Virus record (IMG/VR): IMGVR_UViG_3300021964_000041
Span: 15,466 to 79,465 of that record
Strand: one strand, 5' to 3'
DNA length: 64,000 bases
DNA from: a virus
Position 1 is the stretch's first letter; each line of letters begins with the position of its first letter. The notes beneath the pieces were generated by a model. The model saw nothing but the letters and a program-made list of their open reading frames with translations. It searched no databases and was not told where the DNA came from. Of this stretch, positions 20,702 to 29,627 are shown piece by piece. Position numbers and translations under genes: made by a program.

Positions 20702-20791
20702 AAATTGCTTCGCAATTATCTTTCATATATAAAGGAATAAATGTGTTCGAGCGATAGCGATAACACAGATGAACGTAGTTCATCTACTAAC

Positions 20792-20986
20792 TTAATAAAT
20801 TGCTTTTCCTGTTTTTTTAGATAGTTCAGAATTCTCTTTGATTAATTCGAATATGTATTTGCGTTGATCCCATGTAAGGTTGTAAGCATCGTTAAGATTG
20901 ATACCACCTCTCATGTACCATAATATTTCCATTAGATTCTTTTCGATGGCTTCTGACTCGTCTTCTAGTTTTTTGACGATCTCCAT
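20792..20986 (-). CDS. gp51-like baseplate hub/tail assembly chaperone C-terminal part (probably expressed by -1 frameshift from the upstream ORF)
   Basis: LMEILWYMRGGINLNDAYNLTWDQRKYIFELIKEN; no clear SD; the frame stays open upstream to the slippery site at 21025-21031. Confidence 0.65.
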   Translation of the reverse strand: MEIVKKLEDESEAIEKNLMEILWYMRGGINLNDAYNLTWDQRKYIFELIKENSELSKKTGKAIY

Positions 20987-21018
20987 TACTTGGTCAGAGT
21001 CCGTGCATTGGCTTACGG

Positions 21019-21870
21019 TTATACGAAAAAATTTACGTTATTCAAAAATACTGGAACACTTATAGTAGTTGGTGCTCCTTGATCCACTAAAGGTTGTGGC
21101 ACTGTGACTTTTTGTACAGGAATATCAAACTTGCTTCGATTGCTTATTAAAAAGTCTCTAATAGCATTAAACAGTTCGCGATCTGAATCTGCTAGGAACT
21201 GCGTGATATTTGTAGGATTTGTTTCTTCACCTTCAGGTGTTGTTATTTTAACTATTTGTTTTGCTACAACATCAATGTTATTCATGCTGGCTTTATCGAG
21301 TATTTCCTGCATTACTTGTTTTCTTTTATCTTGAGGTAGTGTTTTATCGCTTAGTATATTGATAAAACGCTGTGTTTCAAACGTTTCGATATCAAAAAAG
21401 TTTTGATGCTTTAGTTTAAGTGGTAATAGATGAAAAGTAAGTTCATCATATGTAAATGTATCCTGCCATACTTGCGATTTTATACCGTCTAGCACTTCTG
21501 GAAGGCTTATTTCTACTTTTAGTTCTTCGTCCTCTACTTTTGGAACTTTAACATCCATTTCCAGTTTTTCGCCGGTGGTTGCAATTCTAATAGCAATTAG
21601 TATTGCGTCCATATCAATGCTTGGAATATCCCATGGATCATCAATTAAAGGCACACAACTTTTAATAACTTCCGCTACTGCGTCTCCATTCATCAGTGCG
21701 TCAGGAGTTCTAAAGATCAATTCATCCTTAGCGGTCATGCTTAAAATAGGAATTTCACCCGTGCCTGAGCGTTCACAAGGATTATTCTTGTAAAATTTAC
21801 CACCGCTAGGCAAAGTAAGGTAGATTTTTGGTGTTCTACTGTACTTGCTTAATATATTGTTTTGGTCCAT
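21019..21870 (-). CDS. Baseplate hub assembly protein, T4 gp26-like
   Basis: PKIYLTLPSGG...MTAKDEL...IPSIDMDAILIAIRIATTGE and C-terminal NFFV resemble the gp26 family. Confidence 0.75.
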   Translation of the reverse strand: MDQNNILSKYSRTPKIYLTLPSGGKFYKNNPCERSGTGEIPILSMTAKDELIFRTPDALMNGDAVAEVIKSCVPLIDDPWDIPSIDMDAILIAIRIATTGEKLEMDVKVPKVEDEELKVEISLPEVLDGIKSQVWQDTFTYDELTFHLLPLKLKHQNFFDIETFETQRFINILSDKTLPQDKRKQVMQEILDKASMNNIDVVAKQIVKITTPEGEETNPTNITQFLADSDRELFNAIRDFLISNRSKFDIPVQKVTVPQPLVDQGAPTTISVPVFLNNVNFFV

Positions 21871-21882
21871 ATTTTTCTCAAA

Positions 21883-21921
21883 TAAATAAAACTACAATAA
21901 TATGTAGCAATAGTATTTATA
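21883..21921. promoter_or_regulatory. Opposed late-promoter boxes between gp26-like and tape measure genes
   Basis: TAAATA on + at 21883-88 and a full T4-type TATAAATA on - at 21914-21, with a small CTACA/TGTAG inverted repeat between them. Confidence 0.55.
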
Positions 21922-21950
21922 TACGTACTTTATAGAGGATTTAAAAAAGA

Positions 21951-24275
21951 ATGGGTAGAGTTAGATTTGATGCGCCGGGCACGGAATTTGATAATATTAT
22001 CCTAAACAATGCGGCATCTGAAGATACCTTGAAAGATCTTATTGCGGCTGTAGAAGGTAAAAGCAGGCGTGACAACAACAACAATAATAATCTGGATAAT
22101 AGCAGTGGAAAAGCCAGTAGTGCATTGGCAAAAGTTGCCAAAGTTGGTGCATTAGTAGGACAAGCATTCGATGCCGTTGTAACTGGAGCGGCTGGTGTTG
22201 TAGCAGGATTAGCAACTTATACCAAAGAACAGAAAAAAACTTCTGCGGCTTTGCGAGATATGGCTGATCTATTACCAGGTTCAACAAGCAAACTAGCAAG
22301 ATCTTTTGCTGATACAGCAGAGTTATTTCAAGACAACTTCCTTGCTTTTAGAAAACTAAGCGGAACTGGTCTTACACTAGGCGACAGAATAATTGATTTA
22401 ACCACTGATTTTACTACCCTAGGCATCGACCTTGATAAACTGACAACACAACTTGCGGCAAACTCAGAAGGTATTGTAAGGATAGGTAGTGGAGCAAGAG
22501 GAGTAGGACTTGCTTTAGACGAATCAAAGCGTTTTATAAATGAGTATGGTACTGATCTACAGAGATTTGGTTATGGTTTTGATGAAGCAAACGAAAAGTT
22601 CTTTACATTCCTAACACTAAACAGTCTAGCACTAAGAAAAAATGCAAGTGAAATGACAACACTAAGTCAACGTGGTGCAGAATATGCAAAATATCTAAGG
22701 CAGTACAGTGACCTAACAGGACAACAAGCAGACCAACTAGAAGATCAAATGAAGAAACAGCAGTTGGATGCTATATTTGATAACTTTATTAGCAGTATTA
22801 ATGATCCTCAAGAACGCGATAGAATTAGAAATGCTGTTGCCGCGGCCGGCGCACTAATGGCAGATGGAGGTAGAGAACTTGCCATGGCAACCGCAATGGG
22901 TATCCAACCTCAAACAGAGGCTAGTAGAAGTCTTGCAGGTGTTAACCTAGGCTTTGCAGACCAAATTACTAACAGTGTAAACATGGCTAGAACGTTTAAT
23001 GGTAGCATAAGCGATTATAATAAAGCAGTGCTAACTGGATATGTAAACACTAACAATGCAAATCAAGATTTCTTACAAAGATTTAACCAAACAGGGTTTG
23101 CAATATCACAACAAGGCGGACCACTTGCTGATACGTTTATGGGAATTTACAGAGCAAATCAGTTGTTAGGTAAAAGCCAAGGCGACCTCGAGGAAGTGTT
23201 TCGAGCAGGAGAAGAAAGAGTAGGTGATGCGGCTGAAGGTTTTATTCAACTAGATGATTCAATGAGACTGTTAAGAATGGGTATGTCGGATCTGTATGAT
23301 AATGTTTTTGGAGATCCTGCATTCCAAGAAGGATTTAAAAATTTTGCAAACGAAGTTAAAGGGTTTGCAAGAAAAGCAGGATCCGGAGCATTTAGTGGTA
23401 GTGAGTCTGACGATATAGCAAGTAGCGGTGCTACTGATGTAAACAGTGGCGTAATAGATACAATAGTAAGTGACTTTCTTGAAGGATTTAGTAAATCAAT
23501 CGGAGGTGGTGAATTACCTAGCGGTGGTGAACTAATGGACCTTATAGAAAACGGAATCCTTTCTGATAGTGGCGGTGGTGCACAATTTATTAAAAGCATA
23601 AAAGAAGGATTAAAAAAGAAAGCACTTGCGTCAGGCACAGAATTAAGCAATGAACAACTTTCACAAGCAACTCTTCAAGCATTAAAAGAATATCTTGCAG
23701 ATCCTAATGTAAGAGATGTAATATTTGATAGTGCTCGAAAACTAGGAAAACCTATTATAAATCAACAAATTGACGGTGTTACTAAGAACGAACAAGTAAT
23801 AGGAAAAATTAAAGAATATAATAAAGGTACTTTAGGATTTGGAAAACTGTTTGAAAACTTTGGCGATGGTACACTAGCAAAATTACACGGTGAGGAAGCA
23901 GTTATTCCTAAAAAATCTCCACTAGGTGGAATGCTAGACATGATGCAGGGAGATTTAGGAAATCTTAAACAGAATATGTTTACTGCTGACGGTAAAATGA
24001 ATGTTTCTGGAATGATGGAAGCAGGACAAGCAATGGGTGCCAAGTATGATGCCTATGCAAAAGAAAATCAAGGTGCTATCAAGGAACAAGGTCGCGGTTT
24101 GGTAAAATCCATGACCAATTTGACTGATGCAGATCTTGACAAGATGGAACAATCTAGTGTAAAATCAAATACAACTGCGAAATCTAGTACATCGGTAAAT
24201 ACTATGTCTGGCAATAAAATGGATGAATTAATAAGAATTAACAAACAAATGCTACAAGAATTACGTAGTATGTAA
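21951..24275 (+). CDS. Putative tape measure protein
   Basis: 774 aa, Ala/Gly/Leu-rich and helical; C-terminal GTLAKLHGEEAVIP motif common in tape measure proteins; next to the chaperone-like frameshift pair. Confidence 0.65.
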   Translation: MGRVRFDAPGTEFDNIILNNAASEDTLKDLIAAVEGKSRRDNNNNNNLDNSSGKASSALAKVAKVGALVGQAFDAVVTGAAGVVAGLATYTKEQKKTSAALRDMADLLPGSTSKLARSFADTAELFQDNFLAFRKLSGTGLTLGDRIIDLTTDFTTLGIDLDKLTTQLAANSEGIVRIGSGARGVGLALDESKRFINEYGTDLQRFGYGFDEANEKFFTFLTLNSLALRKNASEMTTLSQRGAEYAKYLRQYSDLTGQQADQLEDQMKKQQLDAIFDNFISSINDPQERDRIRNAVAAAGALMADGGRELAMATAMGIQPQTEASRSLAGVNLGFADQITNSVNMARTFNGSISDYNKAVLTGYVNTNNANQDFLQRFNQTGFAISQQGGPLADTFMGIYRANQLLGKSQGDLEEVFRAGEERVGDAAEGFIQLDDSMRLLRMGMSDLYDNVFGDPAFQEGFKNFANEVKGFARKAGSGAFSGSESDDIASSGATDVNSGVIDTIVSDFLEGFSKSIGGGELPSGGELMDLIENGILSDSGGGAQFIKSIKEGLKKKALASGTELSNEQLSQATLQALKEYLADPNVRDVIFDSARKLGKPIINQQIDGVTKNEQVIGKIKEYNKGTLGFGKLFENFGDGTLAKLHGEEAVIPKKSPLGGMLDMMQGDLGNLKQNMFTADGKMNVSGMMEAGQAMGAKYDAYAKENQGAIKEQGRGLVKSMTNLTDADLDKMEQSSVKSNTTAKSSTSVNTMSGNKMDELIRINKQMLQELRSM

Positions 24276-24285
24276 GGAATTTTAA

Positions 24286-26025
24286 ATGAGTTGGAAAAGA
24301 TACTTTCAAGAATACACACCTAAAGACACATCAGGACAGTCTAGTCCTGTTCCAGGCACCGGTGCAGGTCCTGCACGTACTAACTATTCAAGTTATTTGC
24401 CAGATGTGTATACAGGTCACCCAAATCGTATTGAACGTTATGGTCAATATGAAACAATGGATATGGATTCGGAAGTAAATGCCGCTCTTGATATCCTTGC
24501 AGAATTTTGTTCACAGAAAAATGCAGAAAACAAAACACCATTTACAATTACATATAAAAAGCAAGGTACTAGCACAGAAACAAAAGTTTTAAAACAGTAT
24601 TTGCAACAATGGTGCGACCTAAACAGGTTTGAAAGACGTATTTTTAAAATTGTGCGTAACGTATTCAAATACGGTGATGCATTTTTTGTAAGAGATCCTG
24701 AAACATTTAAGTGGATGCATGTTGATCCATCTAAGATGGACAAGATTATTGTTAATGAAAGTGAAGGCAAAGAGCCAGAACAGTATGTTGTAAGAGATAT
24801 TAATCCTAACTTTCAAAATTTATCAGTAACACAGATTGATTCTAGAAGTTCTTCTTCACAAAGTGAGTATACAACAAGTGGCGGAGCACTAGGACGTGGT
24901 TATGTTGGCGGTGTAAACAGTGCAACCGGTACACGTTTTGAAAACAATCTAAATCAATATGCAATTGATGCCGCACATTTTGTACATTTAAGTTTAAGTG
25001 AAGGCCTAGACAGAAACTTTCCATTTGGTAATTCACTGTTAGAGTCAGTTTTTAAAGTTTACAAACAAAAAGAATTATTAGAAGATGCGATTATTATCTA
25101 CCGTGTGCAAAGAGCACCAGAGCGTAGAGTATTTTATATTGATGTAGGTAATATGCCTACCCACCTTGCTATGGGATTTGTTGAAAGAGTTAAAAACGAA
25201 ATTCATCAAAGACGTATTCCAAGTTCAACAGGCGGCGGAACTAATGTTATTGATGCTAGTTTTAATCCATTATCAATTAATGAAGATTACTTTTTCCCAC
25301 AAACAGCAGAAGGACGTGGATCTAAAGTTGAAACGTTACCAGGCGGTACTAATTTAGGTGAAATTGATGATTTGAAATTCTTTACTAACAAGTTATTCCG
25401 TGGTTTACGTATTCCAAGTTCATACTTGCCAACAGGTGCAGATGATTCAGCCGCACAATATAATGATGGTAGAGTTGGCACAGCATATATTCAGGAACTA
25501 AGATTCAACAAATATTGTGAAAGATTACAAAGTCTTGTAGCACACGTATTTGATAAAGAGTTTAAAATGTATCTAAACGCCAAAGGCGTAAACATTGACA
25601 ACGATTTATTTGATCTAATGTTTCAACCACCACAAAACTTTGCCGCTTATAGACAAAGTGAAATGGATAATGCTCGTGTTAACACATTTGCTTCCTTACA
25701 AGAAATTCCATATATGAGTAAACGCTTTGCACTTAAACGTTTCTTAGGACTAAGTCCAGAAGAAATGGCAGAAAACGAAACTATGTGGCGTGAAGAAAAT
25801 ACAGATGATAACATTTCTAATCCAGCCGCAGGTGTTGAGATGCGTGGAGCAGGTGTAACACCTGGAGGAATGCAAAGTGATCTAGACAATCTTGGTGATG
25901 CAACACCAGATGCAGATGCACCACCGCCAGCAGAAGAAGGCGGAAACACTACACCAGCAGGTGGCGGCGGCGGAGGAGCAACACCTACTCCTGGCGCAGG
26001 TGGTGGCGGTGACACAGGATTATAA
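24286..26025 (+). CDS. Portal protein, T4 gp20-like
   Basis: LLEDAIIIYRVQRAPERRVFYIDVGNMP, EDYFFP, GRGSKVETLPGG, IDDLKFFTNKLFRGLRIP; Gly/Pro-rich C-terminal tail. Confidence 0.95.
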   Translation: MSWKRYFQEYTPKDTSGQSSPVPGTGAGPARTNYSSYLPDVYTGHPNRIERYGQYETMDMDSEVNAALDILAEFCSQKNAENKTPFTITYKKQGTSTETKVLKQYLQQWCDLNRFERRIFKIVRNVFKYGDAFFVRDPETFKWMHVDPSKMDKIIVNESEGKEPEQYVVRDINPNFQNLSVTQIDSRSSSSQSEYTTSGGALGRGYVGGVNSATGTRFENNLNQYAIDAAHFVHLSLSEGLDRNFPFGNSLLESVFKVYKQKELLEDAIIIYRVQRAPERRVFYIDVGNMPTHLAMGFVERVKNEIHQRRIPSSTGGGTNVIDASFNPLSINEDYFFPQTAEGRGSKVETLPGGTNLGEIDDLKFFTNKLFRGLRIPSSYLPTGADDSAAQYNDGRVGTAYIQELRFNKYCERLQSLVAHVFDKEFKMYLNAKGVNIDNDLFDLMFQPPQNFAAYRQSEMDNARVNTFASLQEIPYMSKRFALKRFLGLSPEEMAENETMWREENTDDNISNPAAGVEMRGAGVTPGGMQSDLDNLGDATPDADAPPPAEEGGNTTPAGGGGGGATPTPGAGGGGDTGL

Positions 26026-26027
26026 GG

Positions 26028-26041
26028 TAAATAAAAACATG
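26028..26041 (+). promoter_or_regulatory. Late promoter box TAAATA, representative of a window-wide set
   Basis: TAAATA (core of T4 gp55 TATAAATA) precedes late genes at 9013(-), 9486(-), 15837(-), 21883, 26028, 26301, 26956, 30859, 31143, 31756, 33601, 38085, 44711, 51599, 53770, 56180, 59225 and 59673. Confidence 0.75.
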
Positions 26042-26287
26042 TTGTTAAAAGAATTCTTTTATTTTGATAAAGATGGAAATAGTTTCGGTCAAGACAATCG
26101 TTATGACGCTGAAAGAGATATTTCTGTGGTTAAACAGGATGATACTAGAAAAACTAGATTAACTCTTAGTCAAATTAATACTATTCGCAAAACAGCAGAG
26201 GCTAGAGAATTAGAACAAGCCAAAGACCTAGAGTTTGTAAAAACTATGTACGGTCAACCACCAGCGGACCAGGCTGGAACACTTTAA
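26039..26287 (+). CDS. Small head-module protein (82 aa)
   Basis: Start re-called at ATG 26039 (MLLKEFFYFDK...DDTRKTRLTLSQIN), 5 nt after TAAATA; the track start at 25892 overlaps the portal gene. Confidence 0.7.
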   Translation: MLLKEFFYFDKDGNSFGQDNRYDAERDISVVKQDDTRKTRLTLSQINTIRKTAEARELEQAKDLEFVKTMYGQPPADQAGTL

Positions 26288-26311
26288 TAAATTATTTCCG
26301 TAAATAAAAAC

Positions 26312-26899
26312 ATGCGTAGAGTTGGGTATGTATTAGGTAACGGAACCTCTAGAAAGAAGTTCGACCTTAACAAATTAAAAGATAAAGAAATAGTTTATGC
26401 CTGTAATGCAGTGTATAGAGAGTTTCTTCCCAATAAACTTATCGCTGTAGATCCTAAAATGGTTCATGAAATAGTTGCCTCAAGGGCACACTTTGAAACA
26501 GAAGTATGGACCAACTATAATAAAGCATACGATGAATACGTCGGATTAAACTACTTTAGTCCAAGCAAAGGATGGAGTAGTGGACCTACTGCACTGCTTA
26601 GAGCCTGTTTAGATGGCTGTCAAACCATCTATATTTTAGGGTTTGACTATGTAGGATTGCAGGGCGGACGTAAAGTAAACAACATATATGCAGGCACACC
26701 TAACTATAAACAGGCACACGAACCAGCAACCTACTATGGAAACTGGCTAAGACAAACAGAAACCATACTTAGAGACCACTCAGACCGCGAATTTATACGT
26801 GTTGTAGGCAAAAAAGACTACAATCCTAACAATTTTAATAACTTTAATAACTATAAAACCATCAGTTATAAAGAGTTTGAGGAGTATCTTGATAAGTAA
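26312..26899 (+). CDS. Maf/DUF115 (MptE-like, sialyltransferase-fold) putative glycosyltransferase
   Basis: VLGNGTSR, YACNAVY, LIAVD, SSGPTAL, IYILGFDY motifs. Confidence 0.6.
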   Translation: MRRVGYVLGNGTSRKKFDLNKLKDKEIVYACNAVYREFLPNKLIAVDPKMVHEIVASRAHFETEVWTNYNKAYDEYVGLNYFSPSKGWSSGPTALLRACLDGCQTIYILGFDYVGLQGGRKVNNIYAGTPNYKQAHEPATYYGNWLRQTETILRDHSDREFIRVVGKKDYNPNNFNNFNNYKTISYKEFEEYLDK

Positions 26900-27005
26900 A
26901 GATATAAAAAACCGCGATTTTACCACCATTTGGACCGGTAAAACTGGTTTTTTTGTAAATATATTATGACAGCCTTGCCAATTAACAAAATGAAGGAGAA
27001 ATAAG

Positions 27006-27863
27006 ATGTCTGACAATACAAAGTTTGAACAATTATTAGACCTTCTCGTAAACGAAGAAAAGGATAAAGCAGAATCTTTATTCCACGATATCGTTGTTGA
27101 GAAGTCAAAAGAGATTTATCAAGGATTAATTGAATCTGATGAATCAGAAAAAGAAGATGAAGTTGAAGAAACTTCAGAAAAAGATGAAGATGCTGTAGAA
27201 GAAGCAACTGATACAGAAGAAGAAAAAACAGATGAGTCATTTGATGACGAGTCAGTAGAAGAAGTTGGTGGCGATGCCGCTGACGATATGGTTTCAGATG
27301 TTGAAGCACCAGACGCTGAAGGCGATATGGACTTTGACGGAGACGGCGAAATGGACGATCATGAAGATTCACATGATGACATTGAAGACCGTGTTGTTGA
27401 CCTAGAAGATGCTTTAGACGAACTAAAAGCAGAGTTTGAAGAAATGATGGGCGACAAAGAAGGCGGAGAGGGCGAAGAAGAAATGCCTGCCGCTGATGAA
27501 GAAGAATCAGAAGAAGCCGAAGAAGAAGCAATCCAATCACCGTTTGAAGCAACAGAAGAAGACGGTGAAGAAGTTGAAGAAGGTGCAAAAAGAGAAAAAT
27601 CCGTTGGCGAGACTATGAGAGAATATGTCGAAAAAGTCTCTGCACCTAATAATTCAGAAGGCGCTGATAACACTGCGAGTCCAGTAGCATCGAAAGGTGG
27701 CAAAGACTCAGGTGCTGATGGTAAAAACATTGCACAAAGCGGTGAAGAAAAGGGCGGTAGTGCCGTTAAAGCCAAGGACATGGGAAAATCTTTCGAGAAT
27801 GAACCAGGTTCAAAAGCAGGCGACACTTTTAAGAAAGCATCTGCACCAAAGAGTGCTGAATAA
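27006..27863 (+). CDS. Acidic prohead core/scaffold-like protein
   Basis: Strong AAGGAG SD; very Asp/Glu-rich; between portal and prohead protease, where T4 has gp67/gp68. Confidence 0.6.
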   Translation: MSDNTKFEQLLDLLVNEEKDKAESLFHDIVVEKSKEIYQGLIESDESEKEDEVEETSEKDEDAVEEATDTEEEKTDESFDDESVEEVGGDAADDMVSDVEAPDAEGDMDFDGDGEMDDHEDSHDDIEDRVVDLEDALDELKAEFEEMMGDKEGGEGEEEMPAADEEESEEAEEEAIQSPFEATEEDGEEVEEGAKREKSVGETMREYVEKVSAPNNSEGADNTASPVASKGGKDSGADGKNIAQSGEEKGGSAVKAKDMGKSFENEPGSKAGDTFKKASAPKSAE

Positions 27864-27882
27864 TTGTTAAGGAGAAAGCCAA

Positions 27883-28509
27883 ATGGCTTACTTACGTGAG
27901 AATTTGACATTTGACCAAGCACAGGTCACCCTAGAGTCTAAAGGAGAAGGAGATTCCAAGGATCTTTATCTCAAAGGCATCTGTATTCAGGGTGGTGTCA
28001 AAAACGCTAATCAGCGTGTTTACCCTGTTTCCGAAATAGGCAACGCTGTTAAGACTCTAAAAGATCAAATTCATGGCGGTTATTCTGTACTAGGTGAAGT
28101 AGATCACCCAGATGATTTGAAAGTAAACTTGGACCGTGTATCGCATATGATTACTGATATGTGGATGGACGGACCGAACGGATTTGGCAAGATGAAAATC
28201 TTGCCGACTCCAATGGGTAATCTAGTTAAAACAATGCTGGAAAGCGGAGTTAAACTAGGAGTATCCAGTAGGGGTAGTGGAAATGTTAGCGAATCCAATG
28301 GTGAAGTTAGCGATTTCGAAATTATCACGGTTGACGTGGTAGCACAACCTAGTGCCCCGGGTGCATATCCAACACCAATCTATGAACATTTTATGAATAC
28401 AAAAGGTGGTTATAGTGCGTTAAGGACTGCGTCAGAGGTACAACAAGATGCTAGAGCACAAAAGCATCTTAAGGAAGCAATGCTAAGAGTCATAAAAGGC
28501 TTAAAGTAA
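27883..28509 (+). CDS. Prohead core protease, T4 gp21-like
   Basis: KNANQRVYP, LGEVDHP, LGVSSRGSG, DVVAQPSAPGA. Confidence 0.93.
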   Translation: MAYLRENLTFDQAQVTLESKGEGDSKDLYLKGICIQGGVKNANQRVYPVSEIGNAVKTLKDQIHGGYSVLGEVDHPDDLKVNLDRVSHMITDMWMDGPNGFGKMKILPTPMGNLVKTMLESGVKLGVSSRGSGNVSESNGEVSDFEIITVDVVAQPSAPGAYPTPIYEHFMNTKGGYSALRTASEVQQDARAQKHLKEAMLRVIKGLK

Positions 28510-28525
28510 CAATAGGAGAAACACG

Positions 28526-29611
28526 ATGAGTGATGTTTTTAATAAACTTTTTGAAACAGGTATTATCAGTGAAGAGGTCAAAGACCAAATTACTGGTGCT
28601 TGGGACGAAAAGATTAAAGAACACCGTGATAGTGTGACTGCTGAACTCCGTGAAGAATTTGCGAATCGCTACGAACATGACAAACAAAACATGGTCGAAG
28701 CAATTGATCGCATGGTCTCCGAGCGTTTGGAATCAGAAGTTGCTGAATTTGCTGAAGATAAGAAATCACTTGCAGAAGCAAGGGTTGAATATAAGAAGAA
28801 AGTCAGTGAGCATTCTGAGAAATTGCAAGAGTTTATGCTCAAGCAATTAACCAAAGAAATTGCAGAGTTGAATGAGGACCGTCAAAAAGTCACTGAAAAC
28901 TTTGCTAAACTTGAAGACTTTGTCGTGAAAGCACTCGCAAAAGAAATCAACGAGTTTGCAGAAGACAAAAAAGATCTTGCAGAAACCAAGGTTAAACTTG
29001 TAAAAGAAGCAAAATCAAAATTCAATGAACTTAGATCTAAGTTTGTTGAAAAATCCGCTAAAGTGGTTGAGTCTGCTGTTAATGAAAAATTAGCAACAGA
29101 AATCAAACAACTCAAAGAAGATATCACGGCTTCAAGAGAAAACTACTTTGGTAGAAAAATATTCGAAGCATTTGCTAACGAGTATGGTTCTTCTTACTTA
29201 AACGAAAAATCAGAAACTTCTAAGTTGATGAAAATCGTTGCTGAGAAAGAAGAAGCATTAGCAGAGGCTAAGAAACAAGTCACAGAGAAGGCTACACTTG
29301 TTGAGTCTAAGGAAGCAGAAATTGCTAAAGCCAAAGACGAAGCAGAGAGAGTTGCAGTGATGAACGAGTTGCTATCTCCATTAGGCACAGACAAAAAAGA
29401 AATAATGTCTGAATTACTGGAGTCAGTGCAAACGAACAAGTTGCACTCAGCATTTGAGAAGTATCTACCAGCAGTAATGGAAGATAAGGCTCCAAGAGTA
29501 AAAAAGGCATTAAATGAAGGCGTAGAAGTAACAGGCAACAAAGAACACACAATTAAGGAAGATACTGATTCAAACTTAATTGAACTCCGCAGATTAGCGG
29601 GATTAAACTAA
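28526..29611 (+). CDS. Prohead scaffolding protein, T4 gp22-like
   Basis: Long charged coiled coil between the protease and the major capsid gene. Confidence 0.8.
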   Translation: MSDVFNKLFETGIISEEVKDQITGAWDEKIKEHRDSVTAELREEFANRYEHDKQNMVEAIDRMVSERLESEVAEFAEDKKSLAEARVEYKKKVSEHSEKLQEFMLKQLTKEIAELNEDRQKVTENFAKLEDFVVKALAKEINEFAEDKKDLAETKVKLVKEAKSKFNELRSKFVEKSAKVVESAVNEKLATEIKQLKEDITASRENYFGRKIFEAFANEYGSSYLNEKSETSKLMKIVAEKEEALAEAKKQVTEKATLVESKEAEIAKAKDEAERVAVMNELLSPLGTDKKEIMSELLESVQTNKLHSAFEKYLPAVMEDKAPRVKKALNEGVEVTGNKEHTIKEDTDSNLIELRRLAGLN

Positions 29612-29627
29612 AAAGGAGAGACAAAAA

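Noticed and set aside
25892-26038. N-terminal extension of the 131-aa ORF in the track
   Set aside because: Overlaps the GC-rich portal tail in another frame; ATG 26039 after TAAATA is the more plausible start.
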